DNA from: an uncultured Clostridium sp.
GTDB lineage: Bacteria > Bacillota > Clostridia > TANB77 > CAG-508
Direction: 5' to 3'
Length of the DNA: 64,000 bases
Assembly (NCBI GenBank): GCA_947648255.1
Contig: CANSNA010000001.1
Coordinates: forward strand, 49,983 to 113,982
Part shown: piece after piece, positions 10,837 to 21,750 of the stretch
Numbering within the stretch: position 1 is the stretch's first letter
Layout: the number at the start of each line of letters is the position of its first letter
The notes under the pieces: generated by a model
The model's input: only the letters and a program-made list of their open reading frames with translations
What the model was told of the DNA's origin: nothing
The model's database searches: none
Made by a program: the position numbers and the translations under genes

Positions 10837-12273
10837 TTATTTCATTGCATTTTTAAACATTTGATTTAACATCTGTGGGTTTGCTTTTCCCTTTGTTTCT
10901 TTCATTGCTTGCCCTACCAAGAAGCCTAATGCCTTGTCTTTTCCTGCTTTAAAATCAATAATTGATTGTGGATTTCTTTCAAGTACTTTATCTACAATCT
11001 CTTTAATTTCATTTTCATCAGATATTTGTACCCATCCGTTTTTTTCTATAATTTTACTTGGTTTATCTGGCTCTTCGAACATTTTGTCTAGCACATCTTT
11101 TGCAATTTTGCTACTTATTGTGCCTTTTTCGATAAGCTGAATAAGCTCTGCTAAATCGCTTGGCAAAAATGGTATCGAATCTGGCTCCATTTCATTCTCG
11201 TTTAAAATCCTTGCAACATCTGATAATAACCAATTGCATATCGCTTTTGGATTACCTGAAATTCTAATTCCTTCTTCGAAAAAGTTTGATAAATATTTTG
11301 AAGATGTAATTGAGTTTGCTTCTTTTTCTGTAAGCTTATATTCAGCTAAATATCTTGCTTTTCTACTTTCAGGAAGTTCTGGTAAGTTATTTTTTATATT
11401 TTCAATATACTCATTAGATAATCTAATTGGTGCTAAATCTGGTTCTGGAAAATATCTGTAATCTTGTGCATCTTCTTTATTTCTCATAGAAAATGTCTTA
11501 CCTGATACCTCGTCCCATCTTAGAGTTTCTTGATATATTTTTCCTTCATTTTCTATAACTTCAATTTGCCTTTCCATTTCATATTCAATCGCTCTTGTTA
11601 TAGATTTAAAGGAATTCATATTTTTCATTTCTGTCCTTGTTCCAAATTCTTTTGCACCTTTCCTCCTAACAGAAACATTTACATCAGCTCTTAGTGAACC
11701 TTCCTGCATCTTACAGTCTGATACCTCTATATATTCAAGTATAGATTTTAGCTTTTTTAAGTAAGCACTTACTTCTTCTGTAGAACGCATATCAGGCTCT
11801 GAAACGATTTCGATTAGTGGAACTCCTGCTCTATTTAGATCTACTAAACTGCCTCTTCCATAATCATCGTGATTTAACTTTCCTGCATCGTCTTCAATAT
11901 GTATTCTTGTTATCCCAATTTTCTTTTTTTGCTCTCCTAAATCAATCTCCACATATCCATTTTCGCAAAGTGGTTTATCATATTGCGATATTTGGTATGC
12001 CTTTGGAGTATCTGGATAGAAATAGTTTTTTCTATCATTTTTGCTATCTCTTGAAATTTCACAATTAGTCGCAAGCCCTGCTTTTACTGCATATTCTACA
12101 ACCTTTTCATTTAAAACAGGTAAAGCACCTGGAAAACCCATACAAACTGGGCAACAATGTGAATTTGGCTCTCCACCAAATTCTGTTTTGCATGAGCAAA
12201 ATATCTTTGTTTTTGTTGATAATTCTGCATGCACTTCTAGCCCAATAACTGCCTCATAGTCTTCTTTTGCCAT
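10837..12273 (-). CDS. gatB: Asp/Glu-tRNA(Asn/Gln) amidotransferase subunit B
   Basis: The ORF is intact at 478 aa and carries the GatB/YqeY C-terminal domain. Confidence 0.95.
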   Translation of the reverse strand: MAKEDYEAVIGLEVHAELSTKTKIFCSCKTEFGGEPNSHCCPVCMGFPGALPVLNEKVVEYAVKAGLATNCEISRDSKNDRKNYFYPDTPKAYQISQYDKPLCENGYVEIDLGEQKKKIGITRIHIEDDAGKLNHDDYGRGSLVDLNRAGVPLIEIVSEPDMRSTEEVSAYLKKLKSILEYIEVSDCKMQEGSLRADVNVSVRRKGAKEFGTRTEMKNMNSFKSITRAIEYEMERQIEVIENEGKIYQETLRWDEVSGKTFSMRNKEDAQDYRYFPEPDLAPIRLSNEYIENIKNNLPELPESRKARYLAEYKLTEKEANSITSSKYLSNFFEEGIRISGNPKAICNWLLSDVARILNENEMEPDSIPFLPSDLAELIQLIEKGTISSKIAKDVLDKMFEEPDKPSKIIEKNGWVQISDENEIKEIVDKVLERNPQSIIDFKAGKDKALGFLVGQAMKETKGKANPQMLNQMFKNAMK

Positions 12274-12276
12274 TTT

Positions 12277-13756
12277 ATTTACCTCCTTTGAATGTAGGTT
12301 TATAGTTTTCTCTAAACTTTACTTCCTGCTCAAATGCATATGCGATATTTAATAATTTTTCTTCTTCAAAATAATTGCCGTATTAGTTGCATTCCAATTG
12401 GCATTCCATTTTTATCTACCCCACAAGGTACAGATATGCCGTGGAATCCCTGCTATATTTACAGAAACTGTGCATATGTCTGATAAATACATTTCAAGTG
12501 GATTTTCTGATTTTTCTCCAAATTTAAAAGCTGTAACTGGTGATGTTGGTGTAAGTAAAACATCTACACTCTCAAAGCGTTTTGCGAACTCATTTTGAAC
12601 CAAAGTTCTTACTTTTTGAGCTTTTTTATAATATGCATCATAATAACCTGCACTTAATACATAAGTTCCTAGAATAATTCTCCTTTTTACTTCTGCTCCA
12701 AAGCCTTCGCTTCTTGAGTTTTTGTAAAGTTCTTTCAAATTCATATAATTCTCTGTTCTATGCCCATATCTTATTCCATCAAATCTTCCAAGGTTTGAGC
12801 TTGCCTCTGCACAAGCAATTATATAGTATGTTGCAAGAGCTGCTTGCGATACATCTAACGAAATTTCTTTTATTTCTGCTCCTAATTTTCTATATACATC
12901 TATCGTTTTTTCCACAGCAGTCTTTACTTCTTCATTAATTCCTGCTCCAAAAAATTCTTTTGGCACACCTATTTTTAGTCCTTTAATATCTTTTTTTAAT
13001 GATTTTGTATAATCTTTTTTTGGTATATCTACTGTTGTTGTATCTTTTTCATCTTTTCCTGCAATTAATGATAAAAGAATTGCAGAATCCTCTACATCTT
13101 TTGTAATTGGTCCAATTTGATCAAGCGAAGACGCAAAAGCAACTAGCCCATATCTTGAAACTAGTCCATATGTTGGCTTTAACCCAACAACTCCGACAGA
13201 GTGCTGCTGGTTGTCTTATACTTCCTCCTGTATCTGAGCCTAATGCCCAAGGTACTAAATCTCCAGCAACTGCTGCTGCTGATCCACCAGATGACCCCCC
13301 TGGAACGCAATTTAAGTCCCATGGGTTTTTAGTTTTCTTAAAATATGATGTTTCTGTTGAACTTCCCATTGCAAATTCATCCATATTAAGCTTTCCAAGT
13401 GAAATCATATTATTTTCATTTATTAATTTATCTACTACTGTTCCATCATATGGAGATATAAAGTTTTCTAACATTTTTGAACTGCAAGTTGTTTTGATTC
13501 CTTTAGTGCACATATTATCTTTTAGCCCAACTGGTATTCCTGCATATTCTGTAAGTTTTTCTCCCATTTTTCTTTTTTCATCTATTACTTTTGCTTTTGC
13601 TAAAGCTTCATCTTGCATAGTTGTTACAAATGCTAAGATGTCTTTTTCTTTCTCATTTATTCTATCTATATAAGCTTTTGTTATTTCTTGTACTGTAAGT
13701 TCTTTTTTATCTAATTTTTCTTTTAGCTCATGTACTGTAAGTTCTGTAATATTCAT
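12277..13756 (-). CDS. gatA: Glutamyl-tRNA(Gln) amidotransferase subunit A (amidase signature)
   Basis: The [12 protein letters not shown] amidase signature is present. GIPGISVPCG and QLIGNYFEE are restored by removing 'cca c ggc' and 'ata c ggc'. Track ORFs 13121..13756 and 12412..12966 are fragments. Confidence 0.85.
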
Positions 13757-13783
13757 TTTTACCTCACTTCTCTTTCTAAACTT

Positions 13784-14068
13784 TTAAAGTACTTTTGGAA
13801 TTTTAAACATATTTTGTTCTTTTTCTGGTGCATTTTTAAGTAAAGCTTCTTTATCTTCAAATTCTATTATTTCATCTTTTCTAAATACATTTGTGTTTGT
13901 AGAGCTTCCTATTGTTTCTTTTAAGTTATCTACTGGTATTTTGTTTAGAGCATTTGCAAAATCTAAAATGTCTTTCAAATTTGCAAGGTAATTATCTATT
14001 TCGTCTTTTTCTATATTTAAATTTGCTAAGTTTGCAATATGGAGTAGTTCTTCTTCCGTAATTTCCAT
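13784..14068 (-). CDS. gatC: Glutamyl-tRNA(Gln) amidotransferase subunit C
   Basis: The protein is 94 aa and sits immediately upstream of gatA and gatB in gatCAB order. Confidence 0.85.
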   Translation of the reverse strand: MEITEEELLHIANLANLNIEKDEIDNYLANLKDILDFANALNKIPVDNLKETIGSSTNTNVFRKDEIIEFEDKEALLKNAPEKEQNMFKIPKVL

Positions 14069-14220
14069 AATCTTTTTGCCTCCTCATTTTTTTAATTAGT
14101 TTTTATTATATAACGAAAATTAGAAAAAGACAAGTGTATTTTCTTTCTAAAATTAAATGCCTTACTTAGGTATGCCTTCTTTAAGTTCTAGAATGGGTTT
14201 TATGTTTTTGCTTTACATTT

Positions 14221-14269
14221 GGTACTTTTTGGTACTTTTATTGAAAAACTTTTTTAACTACTATATAAT
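14221..14269 (+). promoter_or_regulatory. Candidate sigma-A promoter (TTGAAA-17-TATAAT) preceded by two tandem GGTACTTTTT repeats
   Basis: The -35 TTGAAA is at 14241..14246, the spacer is 17 nt, and the -10 TATAAT is at 14264..14269. The ATG at 14320 has RBS gggag. The direct repeats GGTACTTTTT at 14221 and 14231 abut the -35. Confidence 0.45.
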
Positions 14270-14319
14270 TATAAAATCTATTTATTCTTAAATTTTATAT
14301 AATTGGGAGCAAATAATTT

Positions 14320-17085
14320 ATGAAAATTACAACAAAATTGAGCTTGAAATATTTGAGAAAAAATAATAGGAGAAGCATAGTTACAATTATTGGAATTATT
14401 ATTGTAACTGTACTTATTACATCCATATTAATACTTTTTTCAAGTTATCAGGCATATATGATAGATGTAATAAGAAGTTGGTCAAATTGGGAAGTAAAGT
14501 ATAATAATATAACTTATGCTCAAGCAAAGGATATTGCTAATAATGAAAATATAAAAGAAATATCTCTTTATCAAAAATTAGGTATATCAGAAGAGAATTT
14601 TTATGCCCCAAAAGATAATCAAGCAACAAATGTACTTAGGTTCGATGTAAGAGCTTATGATGAAAACGCCCTTAAAAATGCAAATTTATATATTACAGAA
14701 GGAAGGCTTCCAGAAAACTCTAGTGAAATTTTACTTAGTTTTACCAAGGCTAGCAATGATTACTTAACTAAAAAACTTGATATTGGCACAGAATTCGACC
14801 TTACACTTAATGGAATAAAGAGAAACTACACTATAGTGCGGAATAATAGGAAAACTTGATTTTGATAACGAAAATCTTTCTCTAATGAGTGGTATTAAAC
14901 AATTAGGTGCAATTACATATTTAGATAAAAACGAAATTAATAATAGTACAATTTTAGATATAACAATTTTGACTAATGATATTAGCCAAGTATACAAAAC
15001 AACAGAAACAATAGCTGCGGCTTATAAATTATCAGCTTATAAAGATTTAAAAGAACAAGTCTTTGAAGAACTAAATCAAAATGTAGAAAAAAATAATACA
15101 ACTACATATAACCTCTCTGATGAATATCAAAATTCCCAGCGGTCAGACTATAGAACCAGGGAGTTTAGCTTATGACTATTTTTTTAAAGGATTAAGTTAT
15201 GAAAAAAAACCAAGTTTTGAGTATAATACAGAGTTATTAAATTATGCCTGCATATCAGAAGTAAATACTGATTTTACTAAAACTGTAGGAGCATCATTGC
15301 TAGTTATTATAAGTGTTGTATCTATTATTTCTATTATTTTACTATATACCTCTTTTAAAATTACTTATGCTGAAAGAATTAAAGAGCTTGGAATACTTGC
15401 TTCTATTGGAATGAACTCTTATCAAAGATCTAAAATACTTAAAACAGAAATTAGAATACTAGGAACTATACGGAATTATTATAGGCTTAATAATAGGTAT
15501 CATTGTATCTAAAATTTTTGCCAGTATAGTTAACATATCACTAAAAAACTATAGTTATGATATGGTTCATCTTTTTACTAGTAATACTTATACCAATGGT
15601 ACAAATTTTTATACAAAAATACCAATAATTACATTGATCTTTATATGTGTAATTGTCTATTTTATGATAATTATCTCTAGCAAAATTTCACTTAGAAGTT
15701 TTAAAAAATTAAGTCCTATTGAAGCAATACATAATAATAAAGTAATAAAGTCAAGCAGAAAACAGCTCAAAGCTTCTAAAATAATCGATAAGCTTTTTGG
15801 CGAAGAAGGCATAATTGCTTATAAAAATATTAGAAGAGATAAAATAAAGTACCAAACAATTACCCTTTCATTGACTGTCAGTATTGTCTTATTTTTAGGT
15901 TTGAGTAGTTTAGCTTCAAATTTTTATAAGAGTAACTTTTATGGAGATCTTTTAATTCAAGCAGATATGTCTTCAAATACATTTGGTAATTGTAGTATTA
16001 TATGTCATAGAACCAAAGAAAATCAAAAAGACATATATAAACTTATAGATTATTTAGAAAAGAATTCTATGATTACAGCTCATTGTATATATTCTCTTGA
16101 GAGTAATGTATCAAATAAAGTAAAGTTGACTGAAAATAATATTTCAAATCAAGTACAAAAACTTGCATATGAAGGCAAATTTAATAATGGAACAGAAGGC
16201 GAAATATATATTAATACACAAACAATTTGCTATTATGATGAAGCATATAATTTTATATTAAAAAAAGCTGGCATTAGCGAATTAAACGATAACGAAATAA
16301 TTTTAATGGATACTGCCTATGACAATTTGAAAAGCGAAAAAAAAATTAGATTAACTAATTATGAAGTTGGAAATAATTATACAATTGAAAAAGATGGAAA
16401 AGCTAAAACCTTTAAAATAGTAGGCATCCTAGAAGATTTTGCTCCATATACAGTATATGAATCAAGAAATTCTGTACTCAATGTTTCTTCTCCTATAATT
16501 ATTCAAATGGTAAATCAGAATAATATTGAAAGAGAAAATGATGTATATATATCTTTAATTGCAAATGATACTTATGAAATAGAAAAAAATACTGACAAAT
16601 TATCAAATATTATAGAAGGTATAGTAAGATTCCAAAATGTAGGCAATATAATTAAATCTTTAGAAACACAAAAATTTATTACTGACATAGTTATAATTTC
16701 GTTTATTAGTTTGCTTGCTATTGTATCAGCCATAAACATATATAATACAATTTATTCTAGTATCTTACTAAGAAAAAGAGATTTTGCAGTTCTTAAATCC
16801 ATAGGTATGAGCGAAAAGCAAAACACTAAAATGATGTTTTTGTCAGGAATATTTTATGGACTAGACTCATGTATATATGGAATTACAATTAGTATAGTAA
16901 TCCTTTCTATTACATATTTAAATATGGGTATAAATAGGTCAATATATCCCCTAGAAATACCTTGGTTTAATATTGCACTTTGCATATTTACTGTTTATTT
17001 AATTATATTTGTTTCAATGAGAAGTGCTAAGCGTAAGTTAGTAAATAAAAACATTATTGATGAAATAAAGAATGAAAACCTGTAA
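14320..17085 (+). CDS. ABC transporter permease with two FtsX-like domains (about 920 aa). No cognate ATPase lies in the window.
   Basis: FtsX-type segments are present (…AERIKELGILASIGMN… and …FAVLKSIGMSEKQ…). Track ORFs 14320..14859, 14885..15175, 15120..15512 and 15562..17085 are joined by C-GGN insertions at 'gtg c gga', 'cag c ggt' and 'ata c gga'. Confidence 0.7.
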
Positions 17086-17137
17086 ATAAAATTATACATA
17101 TTTTTCCACTCTTAATTAAAAGAACGAATTTTTTGAA

Positions 17138-17180
17138 GTGCTACCAAATGTTAGACATTTTTTGGTGCACTTCATTTTAA
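17138..17180. terminator. Bidirectional terminator-like hairpin between the convergent ABC permease and spo0A
   Basis: The hairpin is gaagtgc...gcacttc, a 7-bp stem with T/A runs on both sides. Confidence 0.35.
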
Positions 17181-17196
17181 AATCGTTCTTTTGACT

Positions 17197-18019
17197 CCCT
17201 TAGGCTGTTTTAAGCTCTAGCCTTATTTTGTCTCCGTATCATTGCAATAAACTCCGAATTTGTAGGTTTTCCCTTTGCCGCTGATACTGTATATCCAAAA
17301 ATGCTTTCTACTGTCTCTCCGTCTCCTCTTCCCCATGCTACTTCTATTGCATGTCTTATTGCACGTTCAACACGGCTTGGTGTAGTCTTAAATCTTTTTG
17401 CGATCTCTGGATAAAGCTGTTTTGTTATCTGATTTATTATATCTATATCATTTACTACCATTATTATCGCTTCTCTTAAATATTGGTATCCCTTAATATG
17501 TGCAGGCACACCAATCTCATGAATTATATTTGTAACTAATGCTTCTAAATTTTCTACCTCCTTCCTCCTATCTGGTACTATGTCTATATATGGTGCTTTA
17601 AATTCTTTACTTATTCCTGCATTTTTAAAAGTCATTGGTTTATAAAATTTAAGCTCCTTTATTCTTCTTATAAGTAAATCAATATCAAACGGTTTCACAA
17701 CATAGTATTGTGCTCCAAGTTCAATTGCCCTTGTTGTTATTTTGTCTTGTCCAACAGCTGATAAAACTATACATAAAGGTTTCTTATCTAAAGTAGAACT
17801 ATTAATTCTCTCTAGTACTCCTAAACCATCTAAATGAGGCATAATTACATCTAAAATTGCAACATCAGGTTTAGTATTATTTATCATATCTATTGCTTCT
17901 ATTCCATCTTGTGCAATTCCAATGACCTCCATCCCTTCTTCCTGCTCTATGCAGTTAGTTAAAGTTCTTGCAAAGTCAGCGTTGTCATCTGCTACCAAAA
18001 TCGACAATTTGTCTTTCAC
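17197..18019 (-). CDS. spo0A: Sporulation master regulator Spo0A (receiver plus Spo0A_C DNA-binding domain)
   Basis: The receiver domain carries ...DVIMPHLDG. The Spo0A-specific C-terminus reads ...[17 protein letters not shown] once 'ata c gga' is corrected. The track ORF ends early at 17210 because of that site. Confidence 0.92.
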
Positions 18020-18066
18020 TTTTTATTCCTCCTTAGTTTTAAAATTGTAAAAATTTTACAGTTCTT

Positions 18067-18095
18067 ATTATATAACTTCTTCCAGATTTTGGCAA
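18067..18095 (-). promoter_or_regulatory. Candidate sigma-A-type promoter for spo0A (TTGCCA-18-TATAAT on the minus strand)
   Basis: The minus-strand sequence ttgccaaaatctggaagaagttatataat lies about 50 to 75 nt upstream of the spo0A start with RBS aaggagg. Confidence 0.4.
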
Positions 18096-18182
18096 TAGAT
18101 TTTATGATTTTTTTACTTTATTTTTTATATTTTTCTCCATCATTTTTTATTTATTTAATCTGTTTTATCTCTGTTTTATACA

Positions 18183-18809
18183 TTATTCAGGTTTATCTAT
18201 AAATTTATTTTCTTTTATTTTAATTGGTAAATTATGGTATTTTCCTTTTTCTTCATTTCGGAATATTTTATAATACTTTTCTTCTGAAATCTCTATTAAA
18301 TTTGTTATTTTGTCTGTATATTCTTTTGAAATTACTTTTATTTTATTTTTTTCGAAAATATATTCTATCTCTTTTTGTATATCATATTCTGTAATTATTT
18401 CTGCTATATACCCTCTTTCTTTTTCAATAATATTTGCTTTATCTATTACCTCTTCTGTAGCTTGTGAATAAGCTTTAACTAGACCTCCTGTTCCCAGCAA
18501 AATTCCTCCAAAATATCTAGTAACAACAATAAGTAAATTAGCTAAATTTTTATGACTTAAAATATTTAGCATAGGTCCTCCTGCTGTTCCAGAGGGTTCT
18601 CCATCATCACTTTGCCTCTCTAATATCATATCTTCTTCTATAAGCCTATAGGCATAGCAATTGTGTCTTGCATCATAATATTTTTTTCTAATACTTGCTA
18701 GTTTCTCCTCTGCTTCTTCTACACTTGAAACATAAAAAGCATTTGCAATAAATTTAGACTTTTTTTCTATTACTATGGCTTCTGCTTGTTTTTCTATCGT
18801 TTTAAACAT
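18183..18809 (-). CDS. yigZ: YigZ/IMPACT-family protein (UPF0029)
   Basis: The ORF is 208 aa and shows IMPACT N-domain conservation (...FGGILLGTGGLVKAY...). Confidence 0.75.
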   Translation of the reverse strand: MFKTIEKQAEAIVIEKKSKFIANAFYVSSVEEAEEKLASIRKKYYDARHNCYAYRLIEEDMILERQSDDGEPSGTAGGPMLNILSHKNLANLLIVVTRYFGGILLGTGGLVKAYSQATEEVIDKANIIEKERGYIAEIITEYDIQKEIEYIFEKNKIKVISKEYTDKITNLIEISEEKYYKIFRNEEKGKYHNLPIKIKENKFIDKPE

Positions 18810-20076
18810 TTTTATCCTCCCCAGAAATAAACCCTGTAGAAAAGGCTATTTGCAAGTTAAATCCGCCTGTATATGCATCTACATCAATAATTTCTCCTGC
18901 AAAATATAAGCCACTTACAATTTTTGATTCCATTGTCTTTGGGTTTATTTCTTTAACAGAAATTCCTCCTGCTGTTATTATTGCTTCTTCTAATGGTCTA
19001 AAGTCACTTATAGTTAATTTAAAATCTTTGATTAGTTTTCCTAAATTCTTCCTTTCTTCTTTTGTTATTTCATTTACTTTTTTCTCTTTATTAATTTTAG
19101 ATAAAATTATAATAGGTTCTATTATTTTTTGTGGCAATAGCTTATCTAAGCTATTTTTAAAGTATTTATTTATAGAACTTTCAAAATCTCTCCTAATTCT
19201 TAAATCCAGTTTTTCTAAATCTAACGCTGGTTTTAAATCAATACTTATTTCTATTTGTTTATTCTTTAGTAGTTGTTCTATATTTTTGTATCTAACTAAA
19301 GAAGATGAAGCACTTATTATAATTGGACCTGTTACTCCAAAATGAGTAAACATCATTTCTCCAAAATCTTCATATATTATTTTATTTTTTGTTTTATCCA
19401 AAAGCTTTATAGAAACATTTTTAAGAGAGAGCCCTTGCATTTGTTTAACTAAGTTTCTCTCATAGCATTCTAAAGGTATTAATCCTGGTTTTAAATCAGT
19501 TATACTATGACCTAGTTCTTTTGCAATTTTATAGCCATCTCCGGTTTGATCCTGTTTCTTTATAACTTGCTCCACCTGTTGCAAGTATTACTTTATCTGC
19601 TAAAATTTCTTTTTTTACATTATTTAGTAAATATTCAACTTTTTTTACTTTTTTATCTTCTACTTTAATTCCTGTTACTTTAGCTGATGTAATAATCTCG
19701 ACCTTTTGTTTTTTTAGCCTTCTATATAAAGCATCTACAACACTCTCTGCATTATCTGTTACTGGGAATACTCTATTTCCTCTTTCTATTTTTGTCTCTA
19801 GTCCTTCTTTTTTCAAAAGTTCTAACATATCTTTATTGGTAAAAGCTTTAAAAGCACTATACAAAAACTTACCGATTTCCTGGAATATTATTTATAAATT
19901 CCTCCATATCGCATGCATTTGTTATATTGCATCTTCCCTTGCCTGTAATTCTAATTTTCTTACCGACAAGATGGCATTTTTTCCAAAATTACAACATCAT
20001 TTTCTTTATTTGAAGAAGCAGAAATCGCAGCAAGCATACCGCCCGTGCTCCGCCTCCGAATAACAACAACTTTCAC
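18802..20076 (-). CDS. NAD(FAD)-utilising dehydrogenase, HI0933/BaiN-like flavoprotein
   Basis: Features are VVVIGGGAAGMLAA (an FAD GxGxxG motif), ...ILGKKILITGKGRCNITN and ...GGFNLQIAFSTG. Track ORFs 18802..19584 and 19529..19864 plus an upstream piece are joined at C-GGN sites. A GTG start at about 20076 follows RBS ggag. Confidence 0.7.
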
Positions 20077-20271
20077 TTTATCTAAACTCCTTATTTTAGC
20101 TAACTTTATTTTATATTATACTACATTTAGCACTCTTAAAGCAACTTTTATTGAATTTCACTATATAGAAAATTTCATTTAATATCACAAAATCCAGTAA
20201 TATTTCTTTCTTCTTCCTAATATACATTAGTAAAGTAAATAGACAAACATTTATTATGGAGGTTAAAATAA

Positions 20272-21750
20272 TGGAAAATTTAAACTTATATCAGGATATA
20301 CGGCTTAAGAACTGATGGCGACATATATATAGGTGTAGTAGGTCCTGTTAGAACGGGTAAATCTACTTTCATCAAGCGTTTTATGGACTTACTTGTTATA
20401 CCAAATATCGAAAATGAGTACAAAAAAGAAAGAGCTCAAGATGAACTTCCACAAAGTGCAGCAGGCAGAACCATAATGACTACTGAGCCAAAATTTGTAC
20501 CAAATGAAGCAATAGAAATTACACTTGGAGACAATATCCGCTTCAAAACAAGACTTGTTGATTGTGTTGGTTATTTAGTAAATAACGCTATTGGCTACTT
20601 AGAAGATGATGTTCCAAGAATGGTAAAAACTCCTTGGTCTGATGAGGAAATCCCTTTTGAAACAGCTGCCGAACTTGGTACAACTAAAGTAATTAACGAA
20701 CACTCAACAATTGGAATTCTTGTTACAACAGATGGAACTATAACAGATATACCTAGAGAAGACTACATTGAGGCAGAAGAAAGAGTTGTAAATGAGTTAA
20801 GAGCACTAAACAAGCCATTTGTAATTGTTTTAAATAGTGAAGAACCTGATTCTTCATATACCTTAGAACTTGCAAAAAAACTAGAAGCAAAATATGATGT
20901 TCCTGTTCTTCCTACAGATTGCTCAAACCTAAATATTGAAGATATAAACGAAATGTTTAGTAAGCTTCTTTACGAATTTCCAATTGAGCAAATGAATATT
21001 TCTCTTCCAAGATGGACTTTGACACTTCCAGATGACCACTGGCTTAAAAAGGAATTATTTACAGAGGTAAAAGGAGCTTTTGAAGGTATTTCCGTCTTAA
21101 AACAAGTATCTAGCAGTTTAGAAACTATCAAATCAACAGAGATAATCAGTTCCTCTTCTCTTAATGAAATAAACTTAGGTAATGGTAATGTTACAATAAA
21201 TATAGCACTAAAAGAGCCTTTATTTTATCAAATTTTAACTGAGATGACTGGTGTTAATGTTGCTGATGAGGGAGATTTATTCTCATGCCTTACTTCTCTT
21301 GCTGAGACTAAAAAAGAATATGATAAAATTGCTTATGCCTTAGAAGAAGTTAAAGCAAAAGGTTATGGAATAGTAACTCCTTCAATGGAAGAACTTATCT
21401 TAGATGAACCTGAAATGGTAAAACAAGGCTCTAGATTTGGTGTAAAATTAAAGGCTAAAGCACCAAGCATACACATGATACGTGCTGATATAACAACTGA
21501 GGTATCTCCTATTGTTGGTTCTGAAAAGCAATCAGAAGAACTTGTAACATACTTGCTTTCTGAATTCGAAACTGACCCTAAGAAAATTTGGGAATCAAAT
21601 ATCTTTGGAAAGAGTTTACATGAACTTGTAAATGAAGGTCTACAAAATAAACTTTATAGAATGCCAGAAGATGCTCAGTTAAAACTACAAGAAACTCTTG
21701 AACGTATTGTAAATGAGGGCAGTGGTGGTTTAATTTGTATTATTCTTTAA
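20272..21750 (+). CDS. spoIVA: Stage IV sporulation protein A (spore coat morphogenetic ATPase)
   Basis: The N-terminus is MENLNLYQDIGLRTDGDIYIGVVGPVRTGKSTFIKRFM (Walker A) after removing 'ata c ggc'. The rest of the SpoIVA-specific sequence matches throughout. Confidence 0.9.

Noticed and set aside
14069-14319. T-box or other leader upstream of gatCAB
   Set aside because: No T-box core (GGTGG...ACC) and no specifier or antiterminator structure was found. The region instead holds the plus-strand promoter for the permease gene.
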